Assembly (NCBI GenBank): GCA_964304625.1
Contig: OZ199840.1
Span: 2,778,787-2,842,786, forward strand
DNA: 64,000 nt
Source: Kudoa neothunni
Lineage: Eukaryota; Animalia; Cnidaria
Reading direction: 5' to 3'
The position numbers were made by a program, and so were the translations under genes. The notes under the pieces were generated by a model that was not told the DNA's origin, did not search any database, and worked only from the letters and a program-made list of their open reading frames with translations. Positions 1 through 11,078 of the stretch are shown here, piece by piece; position 1 is the first letter of the stretch; every line of letters begins with the position of its first letter.

Positions 1-3000
1 TTTAAGATTGGCTGCATGGTATTGGTAAACGCCCTCATTAGTGGCGCCGTAGATGCAGACCTAAGAGTGCATTTAAGAAATGAATTTTCGCGATGTGGAA
101 TTATCAATTTGGTTGAGGTAATGCTATACTCAATTTTAACACTATATCAATCTAATTTTGACTGAAATATTTATAGCAACTAAAAGATCAACACAACGAA
201 AGACTCGATGTACAGATCGGCATTTTCGAAGAATCTATGGAGTCTGATGCTCAAGATATTCAAGCTAGATTCTTTGATATGCAAATCAGCTTCGAGTAAT
301 ATGATAAGTGAACACCCATTTTATAATTACTAATTTATAGCAATATGGAAGATGTTTATAAACTTCTACTCAATATGAATAGAAACACACCTAGTGAAAC
401 CTATCTACTCTCTATTCTTCAACATTTGCTGTTTATTCGAGCTGATGACTTTATAAGGTAATTGTAACAGTTATTATTTCTTTTTAATCTATATAATATT
501 CTTCATCGATTATAAATTAATTTTTGTTGGTAATCTAATAAGTTAGTTGTACATTTTATATTTTAAATTAATTTATTTGGGGTAACATTTATGGGTGACT
601 ATATAATGGATCATTTCATTTTATTATCTATCATTTTCTGTGTAGAATTGAATATTTCCGGTTGATTGAAGAAGTGGTCTCTCAAATCGTTTTGCAGAAA
701 AATGGAGTTGATCCTGATTTTTCATGCACCAAACTTAGCATTGATGTTGACCATCTCCTTGGTAAATCATCTCAATTATTTAAATATCCAAGCTTTTTAT
801 TTTACATGTGTAATATTGTAAAATTCTTTAGAGGAAATGTGCAATGCTGACCTCCTCGATCAAGCCATGATTCGGCTTAATAACGCTGATGCAAAACTGT
901 CCGCCGAAATAAATGAAAAACATGAATTGCAAGCAAAACTCAGCCTCCTTACAAAAGAATACGAAGAAAAAATTGAGGCATTAGAAAAGAAAAAAAAATT
1001 CATTGAACATCATGTATTTTTTTTCGCCAACCCCAATTTAAATTAATTACAACGCCTAGCTTACTTTAAAAAGCGACGCCCTTAGAAAAGCCGAAGATCA
1101 ACTAAAACTACCTCCTGATGCTAGAATCTCCCCTGATGAAAGACTCAAATTCATCAAAGAACTTCAAGCCAATATTTTCAAATCTCCAAAACCTGATCAA
1201 AAAGACAACATGATTAAAGATGTCCTTCAAATGCTTCATAACAACACCAAAGATTCTTTTATTCAAGATCTAAAAACAAAAATATCTTCATCAGCTCTCG
1301 AAGAAACTATCAAGTTCCTTGGTGCTGAACTCGAATCTAGAATTGTTCGATTCTTGACACTCAAAGACAACTTTGTCGATAAAGCTGTAAAGACCGAAGG
1401 ACAACCTCCTGCTTCTCTTTCCTCTGAGAATTCTGCTGTTCAACAAACCCTTCATATGACTCATTCGGAAATCGTCTCCTTAAAGACCACCCTCAAATCA
1501 CTCGAGGATCAACTCACTGAATATAAAAATAAACTAATACAGTCGCAGAACGAAATTGCAGCTCTACGGGGTGGCTATCCTATGCAAGTAGGTCCGGGTG
1601 GCTATCCAGCAGGAGCGGGTCCAGGAGGTCCTTCTGCAATACCAGGAGGCTATCCTGTAGGAGCGGGTCCAGGAGGTCCCTCTTTAATACCGGGAGGCTA
1701 TCCAGCAGGAGCTGGTCCAGGAGGTCCTTCTGCAATACCAGGAGGCTATCCTGTAGGAACGGGCCCAGGAGGTCCCTCTGCAATACCAGGAGGCTATCCT
1801 GTAGGAACGGGCCCAGGAGGTCCCTCTGCAATACCAGGAGGCTATCCTGTAGGAACGGGTCCAGGAGGTCCCTCTGCAATACCGGGAGGCTATCCTGTAG
1901 GAACGGGCCCAGGAGGTCCCTCTGCAATACCGGGAGGCTATCCTGTAGGAGCAGGCCCAGGAGGTCCCTCTGCAATACTGGGAGGCTATCCAGCAGGAGC
2001 AGGTCCAGGAGGTCCCTCTGCAGGTTCTGCAGCGCCGCCACCACCAGTACGAAGTGCAGCTCCACCACCGCCGCCACCAGTACGAAGTGCTGCTCCACCG
2101 CCACCTCCACCAGGCGCTGCTGTACCACCTCCACCCCAAAGCCCCAGGCGCCCCAGGCGCCCCCGGAGCCCCACCACCTCCGCCTGGTGCTCCAAGACCA
2201 CCAGGTGCCCCCAGACCTCCTGGCGCTCCTGTTCCTGCAGCTGGTCCAGTGAACCCCAAGAAGAAATACCAACCTCCTTTAACTACCAAACGTTTGAATT
2301 GGAACCAATTGAAATTGAACCAAGTTTTCGATAATAAGGAAGGTTTCTGGGCCAATACCAAAGAGGATGAACTTGAGAACAACGACATCTTCAAGAATAT
2401 TATTGAAACATTTGGTGTGAAGAAGTCTTTGAAGACAGTGGTGGCCGACGTTACCGCTCAGAGAAAGAAGACTAAGGATCCGAAGGTTCTTGACGGAAAA
2501 ACTGTTCAAAATCTTTCTATTTTCCTTGGGCGAATTAAATTAAGTTATGATGAGGTGAAAAAGAAATTCTTACAAGTTGACAAGACGTTTGTGACGGAGA
2601 ATTTGGTTGAAAGTTTCACGAAATTCATTCCCGCGTCAGAAATCAGAGCCATGCTGTTAGAGTTTAAAGATCAAAAGGATGAGCTACCTGACGCTGAGGT
2701 GTTTGTGTTAGCAATGTCTTCTGTGTCTCGTCTGGATCAACGTTTGAGCTCTCTTACATTGATGATGAAATTCCCTGAAATTATAAACGACGTGAAACCA
2801 CAACTCACCTATGTAATTGAAGCTTGTAAGGAAGTGAAAACGTCTGAAAAATTACATAAAGTTCTTAAAGTATTTTTTTAATTTATATACTAATACTTTT
2901 TGCTCATTGTTTATAATTTGTCCTAGTTGATTTTATTGTTTGGAAACTATATGAACGCTGGGTCACGTAACGAAAGAACTGTCGGATTTGATTTGCGTTT

Positions 3001-4258
3001 CTTAATTAAAGTAAGTTCAGGCTCATTGTGTGAATATAAATTAATGTTATTTCAATTGCATTAATAAATAGTTGAGAGACACAAAGACAACAGACAATCA
3101 AAGAAATTTCCTTCATTTCCTTGATGAAACTATGTTGAAGTCGTATCCTGACACTGTAGGCTTTGATCAGGATCTCTCGAACGCTGCGAATGCGTCTAAA
3201 GGTGACATTTATAAAATAAATCAATTTATAAACTTAAAATTTTTATTCAGTTTCTGCAGACGAGGTGCTAAAAGTCGTCAACAATCTTCAAACCACCATA
3301 CAGAAACTGGAAACTGAAGTCAAATTCCACGAGAAAGCTAAAGAGCAAAATCCAGATGATCTTTTTTACGACAAAGTCAACGTATATTCAATTAAGCAAT
3401 ATTGATGGAATATTTCCATGAACAAATAATTTTTTAGGAATTTCTATCTGATGCCAAACAGAAAGTGTTGGTTCTCACCGAAATGCATTCCACAATGAAA
3501 AGTTCATTCGAAGAGTTGGCCGACTATTTCTCTATTGATAAGGCCAAATTTCCAATGGATGAAGTCTTTGGTGTTTTTAGTAATTTTGTTGTTGACTTCC
3601 AAGTATGTCATCATGAACTTATTGTGCTGGAGAAACTCATTTTTAATGTATATTTTTCATAATGTAGAAAGCATCTATGGACAATAAACGAAGACGTGAA
3701 AAAGAAGAGCGTGATGCTAAGATGAAAGCTCTGAAAGTCGTCAACTATTTTATTTCGGCTGCAACTTATTAATTTGTGTTGGTGTGGGTATATAGGAAGC
3801 TGATGCCAAAAAACGAGCAAACAGAGCAAATCAAAGCGGTTCAGAAAACTCTCCTGGTGGTCAGGATATGGCTAAGAGGGGAGTTATTGATGGCCTACTT
3901 AGCTCATTGGAAACAGGTAAAGCCTTCAGAGGTAAGAAACCAGACGATGAAGATCCCAGTGCGTCGTCTGCTAACAACACTCCTGCGGTACTCCTAAAGA
4001 AAAGTAATTTGATTTTTGATTCACCATAATTCCAACTTCACATTTATCATTCTATAAATTTTTCTTCCGTTACAGTTAATCGAACTGAATTCTCGCTATT
4101 TAGAAGCCAATCCTGGAGTAAATTATCGCAAGGAAAAAACAAGAACTATGGGTAAAAAATCTGAAGCTCTTTTCTCAGCCATGATTAAAGAAATGAACAT
4201 GAACATTGGTGATGACAAAGGAAACGATGCTAACCAAACCGACGATATGGAATTTTGA
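1..4258 (+). CDS. DIAPH: Diaphanous-related formin (FH3/DD-coiled coil-FH1-FH2-DAD); multi-exon, 5' end outside window
   Basis: Spliced exons read GCMVLVNALISG..LRVHLRNEF, YLLSILQHLLFIR, EEVVSQIVLQKNGVDPDF (FH3); polyproline FH1 ~2030-2240; FH2 KRLNWNQL, VLDGKTVQNLSIFL, LLFGNYMNAGSRN, GFDLRFL..LRDTK; DAD-like GVIDGLLSSLETGKAFR near 3880-3930. One apparent frameshift near 2135. Stop is at ~4155 or 4258 depending on the last splice donor. Confidence 0.93.
1597..2028 (+). repeat. Nine 48-bp coding tandem repeats, GGYP(A/V)G(A/T)GPGGPSAIP, immediately before formin FH1
   Basis: Directly visible in ORF 1210..2334 and in the DNA (GGAGGCTATCCTGTAGGAACGGGCCCAGGAGGTCCCTCTGCAATACCA units). Confidence 0.97.
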
Positions 4259-5176
4259 TTGTAGATTATGTGGAGAATGTTCTCATCCAAGTGATGATTA
4301 TTTTCCTTGTGGATTCCGATAAATAGAGTTTTTTTCTAATAGTTATCATGATTGATTTTTTAACTTTTTCATGCAGTTTTGTAAATTTTTTTTCTTGGCG
4401 CACCCTCGAACTGTTTTCAAAAATTAGCACAAGCGTATTTATCCTTTTTCTGTTTTCAACCTAAAAAAATATATGTTGAATGTACATTTTTTCTTGCTCT
4501 TATTATTATATGTAATCTTATTAAATTTATATGCCTCAATAATTCAAGTTTGTCTATTTTTATCTATCTATTCATAATTTAACAATCGAAATATAATGAT
4601 TATTTATAATTAGATTTATTTTGTGGTTTCTATCGTCTTAAACATCGGAGTAGCACCTTTAGTAATATTCCGCGCTAATTGTTAATGAATGATTGTTTTT
4701 CTCAGAGTTGAAGTTAAAAATAGGGGTTTAAAAATATAAAATAGAAATATATATTTAGAAAAAGTGTGAGTTCACTTGGGATCCTAAAAATATAGTGAGC
4801 AACCGTTTTTCAGAAGCTTCGAAAGATTATAGCTTATTATTTTATTGTCTCAAGTCATATAGTATATTTTAGTAGCCCATGTGGGTAAAGAAATAAAATA
4901 TTTATTTAATTTTTATCGAGTAATCTATTTGAATTCAACAAAATTTTGTACATATTTACGATAGGATTTCTGTTTCCGTGAGGCAAAATATTCCACGATT
5001 TACCCCGAATATTAAATCGTGTTGGTGAATGAAACGACATAAAAATCTCCTCCTAACTTTCAACTTTAATTTTTCTCTTATTTTAAAGCAATGATATACA
5101 CTTTTTAACCAAGAAATAAAATTTTTAGTTATATGAGGCATATGCGACCATTATAGTCCGTGTCGTTGGTGAGGTG

Positions 5177-6145
5177 GATTAACGAAAATATACGTCGGGT
5201 CATGCAGAATTCGAACTTTCGTTTCTTTATTTCACCCAAAATTAAATACTTTTTTAAATATTCGCTTATCTATTTGTTGTACTAACAATTTCTCGCACAT
5301 CAAAGTAGAAAATTAATAAAAGGAATTCAACGTATATTTTTAAGGTATGTGATAATAACAACTTTCGAGCATGATTATTTAAATAATTTTTTACAACAAT
5401 ATAAATTTTACTTAGATTTGAATGATTTCATTAATTTTTAGAAGAATACTATTCTTCATCTGCATATTATTATCACACATGTTCTGTGATGTTTTCGGTT
5501 TTTAATAATCACTCCTTATTTTTAATAAAATTTATATTTTATTAATATAGTTTTATAATTTAAAAAAGTCAATATTTTTTAGTACTTAATTTATTTTTAT
5601 GTAGTTGTTTCCTGAAATTAAAAAAATATTCCACAAAAACTCGATATGACAAATGACACTTGTTTTTTTATAACTAATATTTTTTGTAATTTTTTAGTTG
5701 AAACTTTTCATCGATAAAAAAACAAATATTACAAATGAATAAGTCCTATTTGATATCAATAATTTATAATAAGTTAAGGAGTAAAAAATAACATATATTT
5801 ACAATCTCCCAATATTCAACATTAAATTAATAACAGATTTATTATATTTTTAGAAATTATTTTTAAAAGTTTCTAACCATTGTTTTATTAATAAAAGAAG
5901 TAATTACTACAGAAAATATATGAATTATTTCCCAACAAACATTCGTCAAACACAGCAAACAATAAATTTGGAATTTGAAACCGCGTGACACATGTAGAGG
6001 AGATATGATGCATAGTGAATACTGATTGATTCTTAAACGACCTATTATAATAATTAAACTGGAAGTTAACATTTTACAAAATTAAATCTCCAAATGTGTA
6101 TTAAGAATGAACCAACTAAATAATTACGTAGAGTTTCGTTAATCC
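5177..6145. mobile_element. Possible ~1 kb non-autonomous element bounded by an inverted repeat
   Basis: GGATTAACGAAAATATACGT (~5177) versus ACGTAGAGTTTCGTTAATCC (~6126-6145), 18/20 reverse-complement match; AT-rich non-coding interior; no clear TSD. Confidence 0.35.
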
Positions 6146-6773
6146 GTACTCGACTGCCGGTTATCATTAATAACTAAATTTAATTTGTCATTAGAACTTT
6201 AATTATCACAAAAATTTAATCAAACTAACGTGGGTTTTAATTTCTATGCATTTAATGTCATTTTAACAGTTAAACACAAGCAAATATTAATTAAGAGTAA
6301 ATAATCTACTACATTTAATTAATTACTATAAATAGTCATTTAAGCCTCTCATTCATCGCATTCTAAGTTTCAATCCATTTCGTTCTTTTTCTAAATTCTC
6401 CACACATAATAGCGTAAATGGATAAATGGAAACTGAATAATTCCCCCCGATTTTGATATCGATTGAGTTAAATTATTTGAACAGATTATATTCAAATTTA
6501 TAAAAATGAATCTTGATAATATAAATATAAGTTTAATTTTTCATTTTATATTTTCAGAAAATAGATCAATTTTTTGTAAGTTCGTTTATAAACAATTAAT
6601 TTGGCGCAAACCCAATTGTTCACCTTAGAACTCAAAGATTGAATATAAAAAATTAATAGACTCAACAAAAAGAAGTAAAGTTAATTGGATATTTTTTTAT
6701 TCTGAAAGAAATAATTAAGGAGACCATAAATTAGGTTTACTAAAATCATGTGGGCATGCGCACGTCGTTAAAA

Positions 6774-9406
6774 ATGAAAATCGACATAGATGGGCTCACT
6801 GTATTGTTTCCGTACGACTATATCTATCCTGAACAATATAGGTATATGCATGAGTTGAAAAGATGCCTTAGAGCTGGAGGAAGTTGCATTTTGGAAATGC
6901 CATCAGGCACAGGGAAAACTATTTCTTTGCTTGCTTTGTTGGTTGCCTATCTTCAACAATATCCTTTGGAATATTCAAAAATAGTCTATTGTTCAAGAAC
7001 AGTATCTGAGATTGATAGTGTGATGAACGAATTGAAGCACCTCTATAATTACTACGAAAAGCACGCTAAAACCAAAGTGCAATTGTTATCGTTGTGCCTA
7101 TCCTCTCGAAAAAACCTCTGTATAAATGAGGATGTGGTTGATAGTAGTGCGGATGCGTTTTTGGATGGAAGAGTGGTTGATTCGAAGTGTTATCAACTAA
7201 CCAGGAAAAAATGTCATTCATGTGTTAGCGACACCGTAACAAATAAACAAAAAACCAGTCATAATGGCACAGGGTATGACTTGAACGTAGATGAAATGAA
7301 AGAATGTGTTTATTTTGAAGTAAAATAGCTGCTAGTCTATCAAATGTGTAGATGTGAATATTTTTATAGACTTTTGATATTGAAAGTGAAGATTTCGTGT
7401 TGCCTTATGGAGTTTATTCGTTGGAAGATTTAAAAGCTCTGGGTAGAACCAAGAAATATTGCCCCTACTACACAGCAAGACACGCGATTTCTACCTGTCA
7501 AATTTTAGTTTACAGTTATTATTATTTATTGGACCCCAAAATTGCGCAAGTAGTTTCCAGAGAACTACCTTCTAATTGTGTGATTGTATTCGATGAAGCA
7601 CACAACATTGACAATGTTTGTATCGAGACTTTTAGCATAAAATTAACTCAAAAACATTTAAACGAGTCACGAGATAGTTTATTATATTTGGAGGGGTTGA
7701 TTAGTGAGATCCGATTGAAAGACAAAAATAAACTACTGGAGGAATATCACAAAATGTTAGATAACATTAAGATGCGTGTTGAAGACAACAAAAATGATCT
7801 CTATCTAACCAACCCCATTATTCCAGAGGATATTCTTGAAGAGTTGATTCCTGGTAGTATAAGAAAGGCTGACCATTTCGTCTCATTTATGAAACGGTTT
7901 GTGGAATTTTTGTGTTATAGGATGTCGTTGAAGAATGTCACAACCGAATATCCTTATCACTTCCTTAAAGATTTGTATGATAAAGTGATCGTTGAGATAA
8001 TGTGATATGACATTTATATGCGGTAGGTTTACATTGACCACCGACCAATGAGGTTGTGCTCGGAGCGTTTGCGCTCTCTTCTCGTCACTCTAGAATTGGA
8101 TGGATCATCAGAGTTGTGCTCATCACTTGGTGTTGTTGCTGATTTTGCGACAATAATCGGAACTTACCAACAAGGTTTCTCTATTATTGTCGAACCCTTT
8201 GATCAATCCACCCCTTCCATCATCAATCCAAAAATTTTGTTATGTTGCTTAGATGCCACCCTTGCCATAAAACCCATCTTCGATAGGTATCAATTGAATT
8301 TTACTTCCCAACAATAACAATCCAACTGTTGAACAGATTTAAAAGTGTCGTCATCACCAGTGGCACACTATCCCCCTTGGATATGTATCCTAAGTTGTTG
8401 AATTTCAATCCGCTTGTTGTCTCGTCTCTATCTATGTCATTGATAAGGCCCAGTTTGTGTCCTATTGTGGTTTCCCGGGGTGCAGACCAAGGCGTCATAT
8501 CTAGTCGCTTTGCCGACCGACAAGACATCAGTGTCACACGAAACTATGGGCTATTGATTGCCAATATTTGTGCCGTAGTACCGGATGGTGTGGTTTGTTT
8601 CTTCACCAGTTATCGCCATCTAGAGGTACTCTAACATTATTCGATTCATTTCATTTTGGTATATTTTTGATGATGATCTATATTTTTATGATACAGAGTT
8701 GTATGGCTATTTGGGATGATATGGGAATTCTTGCAAAAATACAAGCTCACAAATTGCTTTTCGTTGAAACCACAAACGTTGCCGAAACTTCGGTTGCTTT
8801 GGAAGCGTATAAGAAAGCTTGTCGAATTGGACGTGGTGGATGCTTCATATCGGTTGCTAGAGGAAAAGTTTCCGAGGGAATCGACTTTCATGGATTTTAC
8901 GGACGGGCAGTAATAGTACTCGGGGTGCCTTACGTTTTCACACAAAGTTATGCACTTAAAGCTCGTTTGGAGTATCTCAAAGAGAAGTAAATGCTACTGT
9001 CGTTTTATTATTTTCTTCAATTAAATTATTTAATAATTAATTTTGTAGATATGGCATTAATGAATCTGACTTTTTGACTTTCGATGCGATGAGACACACA
9101 GCTCAATGCTTGGGCAGAGTGATCCGCGGTAAGTCCGATTACGGTCTTATGATACTGGCCGACCAACGCTTCGCGAGAGCTGATCGAATCAGAAGACTCC
9201 CCAGTTGGATTAGGGAACATTTGTCACCACAGAACGTTGGTCTCTCTGTAGATGAAGCTGTAAATGTAGCTCGTCGGTTCTTCCATCACATGGGCCAACC
9301 CGTTGACAACATTAAACAACTTGGTCATTCTTTGCTTACGCCTGAGATTATTTCCTCAGAAAAATTTCAGAAATCATTCCGGCTATCTCTCACTACCAAT
9401 AACTAG
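6774..9406 (+). CDS. ERCC2: XPD/Rad3 Fe-S 5'-3' DNA helicase of TFIIH; 6 exons
   Basis: [22 protein letters not shown] start, EMPSGTGKT (motif I), [22 protein letters not shown] (DEAH), [53 protein letters not shown]; short GT-AG introns (e.g. 7985-8026). Confidence 0.98.
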
Positions 9407-11006
9407 TATTAGTAATCTAATTTGTCTCACCCATGTTTATATTGAACGAAATTGTAAATTTTGAAAAGTTTCCGATGCAGATCGATTTTTATTTACGCAG
9501 AATTGATTTTTTATGCTCTTTAATAAAATTGTTGCATATTATTAAATTAACTTAAACCAGAAGTAAATCTATAAGTTTTGTTGATGAAATTAATTACCTT
9601 TTCAATAGATTCTTAGTGATATTATTTTCTAATCATTTCATAATAAATTTTTTTGGATTTTCTCCAAATTGATATAAGTTTTTACTACATTGAATTAAAA
9701 TAAATTAACGCCTGGAATTAAAAAATTGGGGGTACATTTCAATTAAATCTGATGAATTGTTTCCTCCAAAGACTTGAAGGAAATATCTGAATCAATTTTA
9801 GGCTATTTGCAATTATAAATTAGACAAGGTGGTGTTTGAATAGTAAAAATAACTTAGTGTTGCCTAATTTTATGGCGTTTTGGATTAAGCGGCTCCTATC
9901 TCAATAAAAAATTGGAATCTAATCTTATTTGCGTCGTCATATTATAAAATGAAAAATAAAAGTTATATTGGCTTAAAACAATGTTGATACATGATTTCTC
10001 AAATTTTATGATCAGTAAATTCCGGAAATATTTTCAAAGAATACAAAAATTTATTTTACTTCAGATGAGTGAATGTTTTAGATAAAATCGATTTAAATTT
10101 ATAAATTTAATATTTTTTCAAATCTAAACTCTAATTTAATAATTTTAATGAGATCATTTTTTCCCGATTTTAGAACAGAAATAATTTTATCAAATTTTAG
10201 GAAGGGCCAAGGGATTAATTTAGAAGGAAATTTTGTTTTATTAACTAATGGTAATGTCTAGTCAAGTTTTTTTTTGTTTAAATCCAATATAAATTTTCAC
10301 CAATTATCAGAATAAAGGAATATTTTGAGATATTTTCATTTTTCGACATTTCTTGTGCAGTAGTGTTTATTTTTTCTGTTTAAAAATAAATCAAATATCT
10401 AGATTATATATTTATAGTTTTGATTTTTAGTTACCATCTGAAAAGTTTAGAAGAGTTTAATATAGGAACGTTATTGTATGATTCTGATTTATGGATTCCG
10501 GTTATTGCACGTTACTTAAATCATTACTTTTAAACCAAAAAATCTGGGTATTCATGAATTTAAAGAAAAATTCAATATTTATAAATTTTCTTATGTTTAT
10601 TTTTAAAATTTTCGAATAGGAAACAACTTTATATTATGAGTAATATCTATTCGAGTGTGGTAGAGTAAATAACGATTAATTTCTAATATGTAGAAAAAAT
10701 TTAATATTACAAATATCTGCCTCATTTTGTAATGTAATTTAATAGAAGTTTAATAAAGGTGAAAAATAGCCAGAAATTCTAAATAATTCATCATACGTCT
10801 CTAGGTAAATCTTAGATTTCATGGTAACCTTAATAAAATGAAATCCCCATTTATGATTTTCATATATTTTACCCAGTAATATTAAAATTTTTAAATTAAC
10901 AATTAAGTTGTATTTTAATAACAGAATAAATATATACTAATCAGAAAATTACGATATATTAAGAAATAGATTATCATATCAATTGTGTTTTAGATAGGCT
11001 ATTTAC

Positions 11007-11022
11007 CCGATACAAGTATCGG
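11007..11022. promoter_or_regulatory. Palindrome CCGATAC-AA-GTATCGG upstream of family copy A
   Basis: The same CGATAC-NN-GTATCG core lies ~55-75 bp upstream of the ATG in all five copies (B ~23682, C ~45879, D ~53627, E ~62758). Confidence 0.6.
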
Positions 11023-11078
11023 CTTATTATAGTATTCATTTATTAAGTTCTATTTGTTGGTTTCCTTTATCTTTCATT

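Noticed and set aside
1597-2028. 48-bp periodic array as a possible CRISPR
   Set aside because: No unique spacers; in-frame coding repeat in a eukaryotic gene.
1580-2394. Long minus-strand ORFs with LLQDSLPVLQRD or SWARSYRIA repeats
   Set aside because: Antisense shadows of the GC-rich formin repeat.
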